From Chromera velia (taxonomy: Eukaryota), in NCBI GenBank assembly GCA_018398765.1, contig JAHBMJ010000079.1, positions 62,001 to 126,000 of the forward strand: a stretch of DNA of 64,000 nucleotides. Direction: 5' to 3'. The position numbers were made by a program, and so were the translations under genes. Every line of letters starts with the position of its first letter. Position 1 is the first letter of the stretch. Below the pieces are notes generated by a model, which did not search any database, was not told where the DNA came from, and worked only from the letters and a program-made list of their open reading frames with translations. Positions 36,690 to 49,900 of the stretch are shown in pieces.

Positions 36690-39600
36690 GGAAGATGAGA
36701 AGAGGGAGGGTGAAGAAGAAGCACCTCGGTACGGTGGAAGTGGTGGTGAGGGAGGGGGGCCGGAGACACCGTTGAAGTTTTGGATGGGGTTTCATTCAAA
36801 GAGCAGTAAAGAAAGATAAATGCCCGAGGACAGGAAGGTAAGGGAGAAGAGAGAAGGCCACGCATGCAGGCACGTACACACGTTCTCCCTTTTCGCTCTC
36901 CTTCATTCGAGCGTGTGCAGGGCTGCATGGGGAGCTGTGTAACGGTGGGTCTGGCTCTTCAACATTTGATCCCTTTGTCTCCGTTCATTTATTTCTGTAT
37001 CTGTCTGCACGCAAACAAGAAAGCTGGAAGTCCAGCGGTAAGGAATGAAAGGGGTAACGTTGGTTGTGCGGGAGATGGTGTAACGCTTTTCTTTTTTTTT
37101 GACGGCCATATGGGACTCTTTTGTGCCAATTTGCCCTCTCAAAACTCCCTCCAGGATTTGTTTCTTTTGTTTCTGAACTGGCAGCGCTTTCCTTGCATGC
37201 TGGTTCGCGGTATGTAACGCTTTTCGTCGGATTCGTCTAACGCTTGAAGTAACTTGGTATCGCTAGGTTGGCGTGAGGCAATTTAGCGCAAACTTTTTCG
37301 GCATTTTGGTGTGCTCCTGCCGTCTCTTCTATCCATGCATTGATTTTCTTTCGCTCCACCTGCTCTGACTGTTCGGGGATAGTCAGACATTTTTTTTGCA
37401 CAAACAAATTTGATGTAGGCAGACATTAATGAGACAGAGAAGAGAGAAGAGAACGATTGATGGCGGGCGCGCGCACTCCTGCGTCGCACAGAGAGAGAAA
37501 GAGAGAAAGAAAGAGAGAGACAAGGATGGAAGGGGCATGTTTGGTCAGAACGCGCAGAGGACATTTTGTGGAGTGGAAAGAGAAGGACAAGAACTTGGAG
37601 TGTCAGGCAGAAGGATTCACGAGTCTTGTTTCCCTCTCCATCTTTTAATCCCTCTGATTCTTTTCTTCAAGAAAGACAGTTGAAAAGCAGAAAGTGGATA
37701 GAGCTCTGCCATTTTATGGATGCTGTTTGTTTCTTGTCTCATTTTCTTTTGTGTTGGTTTTGGCCGAGATGGATGGATGGATTGATGTGGCCTTCGCGGC
37801 GTGGCAAGCAGTTCGAAAGAGCAAGAGGCGAAGGTTTTTACACGCACGCAATTAAGCGTGCGGGAATGATATTCAAATTGAATCATTTAGTTGGGTTGGA
37901 AGAGGGGAAGGCGAGTGATGAAAGCGTTCGTTGAACAATGATGAGTGTGTGTCGAAATGATCATCTGAGTCTGGATGGCTCGGGTGTTCGAACGGTTGGG
38001 GGTGATGCCCGTCATTCTTTTGTGTCGTCTTGCGTGTTTTGGTTTCTTTTTTAAAGAAGTTTCTTCATCTATCGATCTGTTTGTCTGTCTGCCTGCCTGC
38101 AAAGAAAAGACGATATAGTCTGTCTGTCTGTCTATGGGTGTTTTCTCATCATGTGACGGATTTTCATGTCAGTTGGTGGGATCTGAAGGAAGTTTGAGGA
38201 GGCCTTCGACTGATGAACCTGGCCGCCTGAGTGAGTGATCGGCTAGGAATCAGCGGAACGACCGACATGCAGGTAAGAGGCATTGAACCAAAGCCGGGAT
38301 GGATGGCAAGTAGTAACGCTGACGGTTTTTTGAAGACCGCTCTCATGCACAAATGGGCGTCTCGAAAGAAAGTATACGGACAGACATGCAGGTTCTCTTT
38401 TAGCATCATGCACCTGGGGGGAGGGAGAGAGGACCGTGAGGAAGAGGACAGAAATCCTCATGATGTGGGTGAAAGCCCTGCATGCCTGCACATACGAAAG
38501 AAAAGAATCGAATGAATGAATGAACGAAGCAATCCATGCATGAATAAAGGGTTCGGCTATTCATGTTTGCCAGTGCCAGTGCCAGTGCGAAAACGGTGTT
38601 TCCAGTTCCGTGAAGGTGATCAGTGTGTGTCTCGTTGAGTGTTTGCATGCTTGGTGTATAGTTTAACATGATGGCATGATGATGACTTGTCAGGCAGCTT
38701 ACGTGACAACTTGGAGAGCAAAGGGTGTCATGCACTATAGGTCATGCAGGAGAGCAGCCTGAGCACTGAATGTGGCATCTCAGATTACCTGCATGTGGTC
38801 TTCTCACAATGGCCATGATGGCTTTGCAAGTCGCTGCTTGTGTGTACTTTCGTACACATGAAAGTAAAATTTAAATAACGAACATTGCTAGGAACATTGG
38901 AGACCTGCCCTGGCTTGCAAATTAATATGCTGCTATGGTATCATTTTTTTGTGTTTCTAGGTATCACAGACTCACAGTACAACACTATTTAGAACACTAT
39001 AAATCTATAATTGATTTAATGTTTGTATAGATATACTACTAGATAGATATGATGATTGAGGGATATAACATTAAAAAAAAAGTTGTATACGTAGCGAAGT
39101 AGTTCCTATCATAGCTTAACTCAGCATAAATAGACTGGGGGGGCATCGACTTAAAGTTTGTTCCTAGCATCTGGCCTATGCGTCTTTCGTCTCTTCCTTT
39201 TGTCCTGGTTACTGCTCTCGCTGCTAGCTCTCTCTCTCATGCGACCTCATACTTGACGCTCCTCCGTCCGAATGCCTTCTTCGGCATTTGCTAAGTACTT
39301 CCTATCCCTCAGTCATGACTAGACTTTATACTAATTACTTTAAAAATTTAAAAAACTGGGCCGTGCATGAACACACATAAAAATTAAAACAATTTCAAAT
39401 AATATCATTGTACTAGTTTCCTCTGCCGCAGTGGCATAAAGACGTTCGTATACTTAGTCAGATATAAAGAAATGAGTAGAAAAATGATCTTAGAAATTTT
39501 AAAAGGAAATCCAAATAAAATCATTAAGAATAGTATGTTAGAAAATCGTAGGAAAATCCTAAGAAAAATCGATCTTAGCCCACCCGCGAAAATCTTAAAT

Positions 39601-39792
39601 TTAAAGGGCTGCTAGAAGCCTGAGGCTGAGGGCTAATAGATGTGGTCATGATGGGGTATGGTGACTGGCTGCGGGGTATAGCTCAAAAAAAAAAAATGCT
39701 CCGAGTGACGGGACCAAGTCTGGGATTCCTCCCTTCATGTATTCATCTTCTCTAAGTATTATTAGCCTTATTCCTAACTCCTAGCCTAGGTT

Positions 39793-40009
39793 CTAGGCGC
39801 CGGCTAGAGAAAAAAAAGATCTCCCTAGATCGTCTACTTTTTTTTTTTCAGTCAAACAACTGTTGTTCAACTGTTGCACAAGTGTTGTTTGTATGTTGCA
39901 CAACTGTTATCAAGTGTTGTTCAGGATCAAAAAGTAAAAAAGAAAAAAAAAAAAAATCTTCCTAAGTCGTCTACTTTTTTTTTTTTTTTTTTCCCTAGCC
40001 GGCCCCCAG
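39793..40009. mobile_element. 217-bp MITE with 8-bp TSD
   Basis: Imperfect TIRs: CTAGGCGCCGGCTAGAGAAAAAAAA on the left and TTTTTTTTCCCTAGCCGGCCCCCAG on the right. CCTAGGTT flanks both sides (39785-39792 and 40010-40017). Confidence 0.8.
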
Positions 40010-40938
40010 CCTAGGTTTAATAATATATTATTCACCTTAGCATTCGATCATTCACCTTCTCGTTCACCTTGAACTAGACCTTAAAAAGGTAAAACCTACC
40101 ATACAGGCTTAAATTTACGTCGGCTATATTGGATTACAACCATCAGACTTTTTTATAACTTATGTATAAATATGCAGTCGTATGACAACTAGTTTGATAA
40201 GTAATTCATTGATAATTGTTCTTTTAAATGCATGCCAGTGGTGCAAGGCCTGTTACTGCCTGTAACAGAAAAATTAAAAGGCTTGACAACAAGGCTACTT
40301 TTTATTATCTTTTTTATAGTATCTTTTGTATGTCAAAAAAAATATTTTGATGACGTTTTTTAAGTAGTTCAATCTTTTGAGGCTGTGTGCTATGGAGAGT
40401 TTAAACTTGAACTGCGCCACCGACTTTCTATTCCTTCTCCTTGCACAAGCGTTTCTTGGACAAGCCGTAAATTTTGTGTTTTCTTCTTTGTCTCACCATT
40501 GTTATTTAATTCGCGCCTGAAGGAGATAGTTTGAGTGCATAACGATTCCTTTTGCTTGCCATCCCTTTTAAATAGTTTTGTCTCTTTGTTCTTTTGACCG
40601 CATTTTGACTTCACAAACAAAAGGCGAAGGAGTTCCATTTTTCTTCTGTTTATCTCCACTGACCTAGCGGTGCCGGCCAGCAGACAGGTGGACGGACAGA
40701 GGGGGGGTGGCTGCTATGGACGGAGCGATGCGGAGCGAAAGGCGGGAACGTGAATCGCTAAGATTGTCGCAGGCGCGTAGAAATGCGCATGGACGTGAGG
40801 ATAGTCGAAGGGATTCCTTCTCGTCGAGGGAGGAACTGCGGTGGGATGGTGTGATGAGAGGCAGAGGTGCAGTGAAAAGAGAGAGGGAGAGGGGGGAAGA
40901 GAGAAGAACGAAGATGCTTGGGGGTGTATGTGCGTGCG

Positions 40939-43900
40939 TCAGACTCCAATGTCTCCCGCTGCGCTGACGGCGTCCAGACCCCCGAGTTGCTGCAGACAGA
41001 CAGAGAGGCAGGCAGACAGACAGACAGAAAAACAGACAGAGACAATTGAGGAAAGAGACGGAGCGCGTTCATTGGGGGCTTAGTCTACCACCTTTGTCTG
41101 TGTACGCATGGACGCTGCGGCCTGTCTGAAGGAATATTCCATGCCCATGACGGCAGGTTTGCCCTTACAGATTCTGCCTGACGGCAGGAAGACACTTGTG
41201 ATTCAGGCATGTTGACTTTCCGCTTTCTTTTCTTTGTCTGTTTCAATTGTCTTGCTGGTCATTCCTGTACACTCCCGACTCATTCCTGAGAGTAGCGCTG
41301 TATTCGTTTGAATTCCTATCTGAGAACAACGAACTGATCCAACTCGTGCCCAGGTAGACTCACTCACCTCTGCACATGTGTTGCACATCGCTTTGCACAT
41401 GTCCTTCACCTTCACATTGTTGCCTCCCATCTCTGGCAGAAGCTCCCCCACCGACTTCTCGCACGTGGCGGCACTCCTGCAAACGAGAAGGAACAACAAA
41501 AAGGTAGATGGAACGGGCAAAGACAGAGAGGTAGATTCATACGTACCCCTCATGCCATCTGTAAAGTAAGTGTGCAGTCCTTTGTGTGGACTGGAGAAGC
41601 ATCCATATGTTTGTCTGTCTCACACCTGTGCGTGCATGCAGCCATCCCTGTTATCAGCCCAAAGGGTTTACCCTCACAGCTGTGTCCGTCCTGAAATACC
41701 AATCAATCAATTTGGACACATCCCAGAGGAACCCGCGATCAAACAGTTGCAGCAAAGATTCCTCCCTCCCTCCCTCCCTCCCTCCCTTGCCCTGACAGAA
41801 CAGAAGAAAAAAAGTCGACCAAAAAGAAGACACGCATACAGCCCCACCGACCCACTGACCAACCAACCAACCAACCAACTGACAGACAACACATACCTGT
41901 CTCCGATACGGGAACAGTCGGGCATGTCGGTGCCGCATCCGACTGCCTGCTTGATGCCCTCCACATCCCCTGCAAAGCATTTGTGAATACAAGCATGGAC
42001 ACGTAAAATAGAAGTTGAAAATGAGACAAAATGCCTTCGAGTAGCGTCACATCGAGGCCGTCGTGTTATTTAATTTGGATACAGATCGATGGCCAATGGA
42101 CAGACAGACAGACTTTGGAAGCGAGAAAAGGCCCCCTTCAAACGAAAGGAGTGACAGAAAGCCCTCAAAATGAAGAACAGGAAGGAAAGAAACTTTTGCA
42201 AAGATGCAGCCCAAGCGCCGTGCAGAGAAAAACTGAATTTTCTGGAAGAAAGACGAAAACGTTGTTACTAGTCTGATCCCTCTTTTTTTGGCGCTTTTCT
42301 CTCTTTTCCCAAACACAACGGGAACTCACCGGACTGCATGAGATCGGCTGCACACACACAAAGAAAGAGACAAAGAAGCAGATGATAGAGTGGGAAGGAA
42401 ATACCCAAATAACGTACACAGCCAGACGTCTTTTAGACTACAGAAAGACACTTCCACTTCGGACACTCGAGTGAATGAAATGCCGATCGAGCACAATCGA
42501 TTTCAGTATCCACACAGAGACCTTTCGGTCAGCCGATGAGACAAATAGAAAGGGAGAGGATTGCTTTGCCTCCCTTTCGATTAGACAACCGAAATCTCAT
42601 GACGTACGCATGAATGGACTCTTCTTGCGTGATGGTTTCAGATCCATGCAGATTACTTCTCCTTCCGGTCTATTGTAAAGGCTTGCTGCGGAGCTGTTGT
42701 CGAACGAACAAACGGACTCTCGCGCTCCAACCCACGCTCCCTTTGGTCATTAGAAAGAGAAAAAACGGACTCACTGACTGACCCATCTGGCCGGCATCCA
42801 AGCTCACTGCAAACAGACACACGGGCAGGCGTTAAGAAAAAGAAAGGAGGATGTGAGGCAAGAAGCAAGATAGAGGTACCACTTCATCCAGAGAGAGGAG
42901 TAAAAAGCAAATCTCTTACTGTATTTTCCACGTCAAGAAGTGTCCTCTGACAACGAGTCGGTCTGCTAAACAGAACGGTGCACTCAGGTGGATTGGCAGA
43001 GAAAAAATACGACCGAAGAGTCTTCCTTCCCCCCGAAATCTTGGGTACCCATCTATACAGATGCTGACGTTGTGTGCACGTGACACCATCTCCAGTATAC
43101 CCCGGCTTGCACATACACTGGAACGACGCTGGCTGGTTGACGCAGAACGCATTGCCGTCGCAGTTGGGGAAAGAGGGGATGGCGCACTCGTTCACGTCTG
43201 CACGCAGGCACAGAGAAGAAGAAAAAAAAGAGAACAGAAGGCTTCGAGGGAAAAGTTGAGGGTGACGAGGGGATGAAATACTTGAAACCCCCTTTGCGTC
43301 GGTCTATTCGTCTAGGGTCAGTCAAAAGGATCTCCTGCGATCGCTTCAAATCAAACAGGAATTCAATGAATGATTGCCCCCGCCCCCCCCCAAAAAAGAC
43401 AGCGCCGAGCCCAAAGACCGGAAGAATGCATCGATTTTTGAGGTGAACAAAATAAAGCCCTCACGTCAAAGCAGCAGCGGACTCTGCAAAACTTCGATGA
43501 ACGCTCTTCTTCATGAAGTCCTGAAGGCCGAGCGCCGAAGACTACACTTTTCTTCTGCATTCGATGGCAGTAGATCCTCATATATCCAAAAACTTGGAAG
43601 GAATACGCCTTTGAATGTCCGAATTCCTCCCTTCCCTCATCAATATATTTCTCAATCGATCGCCAGATGAACTTGAGTGAACGAGTGAGTGAGTGATTGA
43701 GTACTGACATACCGCTGGTGATATACAGCTGTTTCATCTGAGTGTTGCTGAACGGGTACTGGAAGATGACTGCGTTGGTCACGTAACCCTTGAAGGGCTG
43801 GCACTTCACGTACGGCAGGGATCCCATGTCTTCCTCCACCAGACCCGTCTCTCCCCCGAACCAGCCCATATCCATCCAGGAACTGCAGGCAAGCAAGCAG

Positions 43901-45195
43901 GAAGGCGAATCCGGATAGGAAGATGTATTTGTGCGAGAAGAAAGCGAATCCGCCCTAGACCCAGCCGGGTTCCCTCCGCACATCCACAGAAAAACCACAC
44001 TTGCACACACAGACACGAACACACACAGACATACTTCCATACACACACGTGCATCCATACACATATGCGCGCACACACCCATTTTCTGGCTCACCGTCCC
44101 AACGACATCATATTCCAGTTTGAGCTCCACAAACTTTCGTTCAGTCTGGACATTCCGTTGAGCGTGATTTCCAATTTCGTGTCTGCAGGGTCGATCGAGT
44201 TGATCACCACCCCCAGTTCCACCCAGGCTCCGAAAGCTCGTGCTCCCCCAAAGTCGTACTCGATGATGTTTCTGTGGTCTCCGGCAATGCCCATGATGGC
44301 CTGCCGCCAGAAAGCAACAAACAAAGCAAGGAACTGAATTGATGAACAAGCGATCATGATGAAGGTGTCACATGCATGCCAGTGCCGTGTCTGGTGATGT
44401 TTTCATTCCCTTGTGCATCATTAAAGATAAGCCCCCAGCCCTTATATGTTCATCCCCTTCTTGTTTCGATTTCAAATGCCCAAATGGTTTTCTGGACAAT
44501 GGACAGAGGGGCAATGATCATCAAAATAGAAATGAGACGATTCAATGGAGAACCATAAATAGAAAGAGGAAGCATCCTGAGGCCAACACAAAAAGGAGGA
44601 AAGTCGGCGTGAACGACTTCAGCACAAACGACAAGGAGGAAGGGAGAGGGAAGAAAATGTATCAAACAGAGAAGCAGGAAGTGCAATTAGGGGGCTATGT
44701 GTAGCTTTCTCTTTATCTCCTTGATACTACTTGCAAATCACCAGGCAGCTCAACTGACTTTGAACTTGCCGCTGGCCTCGACCAGCACTGTGAAGAATTC
44801 CTTCAGCATAACGTCCTGTCCCATTTTGTCCTTTGCCTTCACGTCCTTCTGGAAGTACACCAAGTTCGTGTTCTGCAAAAAAAAGGGTTAAAGACATACA
44901 GAAAGAAGCAAGTAACGTGTAGCAGATTCTACACCAGTTTGCTGATCCTTCACGAGTTTGTTCATCCTTCTGGTTTTGTGGAATCGCAGAGCTTTTCGAG
45001 GAGTGGCCGGACCCCATTGCGATAGAATGACAAAGCAGGCATACACAGAGAAACCACACTCCTCCTACCCCAAAGGTACCTACCCATTTGTGAAGCGATA
45101 CACACACATTCCAGGCAGCTTAGCAACCTTTCCCGGGTCCCACCCCACAGCCACTGACTCACTCTCTCACTCTCACTCTCACTCTCACTCTCAAG

Positions 45196-45229
<34 letters not shown>

Positions 45230-45250
45230 AGCTCACTCTCACTCTCACTC

Positions 45251-45318
<68 letters not shown>

Positions 45319-46844
45319 GCTTTTCTGTGAGGAGAAAGTCGAAGGAAAGGGCAAAATTGCGGAAGGACATTTTGTCCAGGGCCGAGGCCTTGAGGGCCAT
45401 TTTGTTGTTCTTCACGGCCTTTGTGACGTTCACAATCGGGATGACTGCGTATGTCCAGCAGCAGGGGGGGGGGAAGAAGAATCAGAAAGGCAAAAAAAGG
45501 AGAAGCACCGCAAGAGAAAAGGCACACATACAAAAACAACAAGACAAAGAAAGACGCAAATGGCGCATCTATTTTCACTCCCACGAGGTCTTTGAGGACC
45601 GGAGATCCGCTTGCAATATCACAATGGGCACTGACTCCCGAATTACAAAGACGCGAAGGTCCATGCAGCCGAAAAAGAGGAACACAAAAACGAAAGCCAA
45701 ATAAAACACGGACCCCCCAAACACAGAATCAGCATAGCACTTGAATTTTCCCGAAAACTGACTGCCCTCTGCAAGGAAGACTTACTGTTCATCGGCAGCG
45801 GGATGACTGTGCGGTCTTCCTCGGGCGGTGCCGTGCAGGTGTACTGCCTCGTTGCAGGGTTGACCTCGTCTGGATTTGAACCTGCACTCACTCACTCACT
45901 CACTCACTCACTCTCTCACCCATCTAGGTCGTGGGCGTAAATCAGCTTTGTCTGCCTGTCTGCCGTACTGCCTGCCTATCTGTCTGTCTGGCTGTCTGTC
46001 TGTTTGTGCGAGTCCCTGGCTGTCGTCTTTCCTTCTTTCCTTGGAAATCAATCGAGAGAGAATGGCTCTGTCCGTCCAGCTTTGAGGACTCGGACAAGAG
46101 CTGTACAGACGAACGTGCGCTTCGCAGAAAAAGGACACGAGTCCCAGTGTCCACCATGAGAGGGGGGGGCATGTTAAAAAAAAAATCAAATGTTCTCAGT
46201 CTCTTGTTCAGAACCCCTTTTCCTAAATTCTTTAAAGACTCACCCATCGCTCCTTGACTCTCTGCGTCCTCGGCTTTCTCCTTCTGCCATGTTGCCCTCT
46301 CCTTCTCGTCCATGCGAAGGAACCTGTAGGCTCAATGTCGACAATCAGGAAAAAGCCCAACGAAGCCGAAGCGTAGCAAGAGAGAGGGAGAGAAAAAGAG
46401 TTCATTGGGTGAACAGCACAACAATCGAAAAGTCAAAAGGGAAAGGAAGTTAAAAGAAAAGCGCAAACACGAAAAGAAAAAGGAGAAAATTAGGAAGACA
46501 AACCGAAAGAGATAAAGAAAAAAGCGAAAACCAAAAGAGAAAAGATGGAAAAACTTAGAGAGAAAGGAAGGAAGGAAGGAAGGCAGAAGTCACACATTTG
46601 ATTCACTCGCTCACTCAGTCACCCACTCACTCGATTTCTGTGGGTGTGAGGGAACGGATCCTGATCGACTTCACTCCTCTGGCTACTGATGTCTGCTCTG
46701 TCCCGCACGGATCTGGCCACGGCAGTCTGAGGAGCGACCCTGACTCCTTGTGCAAAAATGTCTGAATTTGCTTTCTGATTTCCTCAATTCCTTCCGAGCT
46801 CTCAGACCTGCGCAGTCACACACACACGCACACACACACACACA

Positions 46845-46911
<67 letters not shown>

Positions 46912-46913
46912 GC

Positions 46914-46952
<39 letters not shown>

Positions 46953-49900
46953 AGTGAGAAAAGGTAAAAGAGAATCGGGCATCAGAACACAGAATGACAA
47001 GGGCAAATGTGGGAAGGAAGACCAGCACAAGAACAACAAGCAAAAGCCATTCCGGCGTCACAAGAACAACAAGCAAAAGCCATTCCGGCGTTCCATTCAA
47101 TTGAATGGCGCCAGGTGAGGGCCTCCAAGGTCTGTCTGTGTGACAGATTGACTGATCGGTCGGGTGTTGCTGCTGACCAGAAGACGCCTGTGTTTTTCAA
47201 CGCAAGATCGATGATCTTCGAAGTGATGATTCCGGGTGTGTCCCTGCTGGTCAGTGCCTTCAGAGTCGCCACTCTTTCTTCGTCTGTCTCTGCAAACCTG
47301 CAGGCAGACAGGCAGACAGATAGGAATTGAAATGACAGAAGGATTGCGCGATTGACAGATACAGAGTGAGACATGATGGGTAAGACTCAGTTAAGTGAGC
47401 AGAACACGTACAGCATACCAACTACTTGTGGCAAAGAAGAGAAGAGAAGTTCTGCAAAGAGGAAAAGGCAGACCACCCAACAGTCCCCTGCATTGTTGCA
47501 TCCAAAAGCCGCTTGTCTCACCATCAGAAATTGTGAGCAGTTTATGTTTAGTGTACAGAAAAATGGGTACTGCCCTGGATTTCAATTGTGTACGGGAAAA
47601 GAAAAGAAACTCATCGAGTAATATCAAAGTGCCCCGCACTGACTCGTCGACTCCCTCTCCACCTTCCTCTTCCTCCCCTCCTCCTTCACTCACTGACTTT
47701 TTGATGCTCCATGGGAAGTAGTCTGAATGATTTGACAAAAGATTCCAGATATGCCTGCAAGCAGCCAAAGTGAGGAGAGTCCAAAATTCCCGACTTTCAG
47801 ACGGCAGACAAGAAAAGGAAGCCTTGGAAAAATTCGCAGAAGGCGGAGATCTACATTGCTTTTTTGCGGAGCAAGCAGAGGGCTCGAAAATCAGCCAGAA
47901 ACCCAAACTCAAAGAAGACGAACGCAGAGGAAAGAACTGCCTGCCTCAGTATCTGATAGGTTGGTGAATGAGTGAATGAATACACTTTTGACTGACTGAC
48001 AAGTATTCTGAATCGTCTGCAGTAGGGTAGTTTCCTTGCTCGCTCGGACATGCACAGGAGCGTGACATTCCGGCTCCTCCGTTGGGAGGCTCCATCATTT
48101 TTCGTTCCTGAGAACAAGAGTGAGGGAGGGAAAATGGCAAGCAAGGAATGAATGTTGGAATGTAAAGAGAAGACGAAATGAGATTGTTTTTCGCACAAGA
48201 ACACCATATTTTCCAGTTTTCCGACAGCCTGCAAAATGCCTTCCGATTGCTCTCTCTCGATCTCGATTTAGCTTCTCGATATCATTTCCATCTCACCTGT
48301 TTTTTCATACTTTTCTCTCTCTCCGTGGCCAACCATTTCACTCTTCACCTCTCCCTGTACCTCTCTTTCCCCCTTTCTGTATGTGTATGTATATGTATAT
48401 ATATACATATATATGTTTTATTGATTCAGACGCGAATCCCCTTTCTCGAGTTTCCTCACTCCCTCACCCACTCACCTGCATGTCATAAGACGGTTCGCTG
48501 AGTAGGTACACCTTCTTATCGCTCCCTGTCCTCACGTTGAAATATCTCCAGTAGTGCGCAGGCTCCTCAACTGGCACGAACGGCTTCTTCTCGAATCTGA
48601 TTTTCGAAAAACAAAAACAACATGAAGAGAAAAGGAGGAAAGAGAGAGAGAAGAGGGAAACGGGCCAGACAAGATGAAATTTTTCCCTTACACACCGAAA
48701 AAGACCCAATGAGATGACATGCCAGCAAAGCAACCAACCAACCAGCCAACCAACCAGCCAAGCAAGGAACAGAGCACTTCCCTGTACGTTCTTTTGACAC
48801 TCCAATTTGATTTCCTTCGCTAGCTGCCGGAGCAACATGAAGCATGAATGCGGAGAATACAATGCGCACTCGGAACCTCTTACAACATCAAAATGAATCC
48901 CAACAATCCCTTCAGGCACCCACCGACCGACCCCGAATGCTCCCAATCCTCGAAGGCCGTTGGGTTGAGCCACATGGAGTCCCTTGTCGTTCTGCAGCTC
49001 TCCTGCTCAAAGAGCTCAATCTCGGTTTGACCCTGCACGCTCGGTTGATCCCAAGCACGCACACAGAGAAAGAGAGAGAGAAAGTGGGAGAGAGTATAAT
49101 TGTAGAGAAGAAAAAGCGGTAGGCAATGCGCAAGACTTCGCTCGGCTTCTCTCTAATACTCCCTTGCATAGGTGGATGGTGAGATGGACTCTCCAGCTTT
49201 CCTCTTGCTCAGTCCCTTTCCCTCCTGACACCAATCCCGTAGTCTCTTCATTATGTTTCTCCTCTCCTATCGGGATCCATGCACTTCAGGAAGAGAAAAA
49301 AGAAAGAAAAGGCGACCCGGACGCTCCCGAAATTACCGACAGACAGAACTGAACAGAGAGAGACTTTTTTGTTTGGCTGAGAACAGAAAGGATGAAAAAG
49401 AACATCCGACATTATTGACAGACCTGAACTCGGAGGGAAAGGAATAGATATGTCTTGTCGTCCTCCTCTCTGCCCTGCGTCGGGGGCTTTTTCCATCCTG
49501 GAAGCGGCTCTCTCTCGAAGTGCCTGAAAAGGAAAGGCATCGCCTCTGCCTCGCTACTTCGTCGTGGAACCTCAACGTATCTGCACCAAGGCAGGCACGC
49601 AGGCAGACAGGCAGACGGGCAGGCAGGCAGGCAGGCAGGCAGACAGGCAGGCAGGCAGGCAAGCAGGCAGACAGGCAGACAGGCACGCAGGCAGACAGGC
49701 AGACAGGCAGGCAGACAGGCAGGCAGACAGGCAGGCAGGCAGGCAGGCAGGTAGGCACTCAAGGATGTATGTGGACACACGCTTGATCAGTGCAGACAGA
49801 AAGGCATGCAGGAGCGCATGCCACCCAGATACACTTCGGGTGGACATTGTGCTCCCTCATTATATCGACTTCCCCTTTCCTGTGCTCTGATGCAGTACAT

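Noticed and set aside
47026..47091. 33-bp repeat as a CRISPR-like unit
   Set aside because: Two adjacent copies with no spacer, in a eukaryotic intron, and no cas genes.
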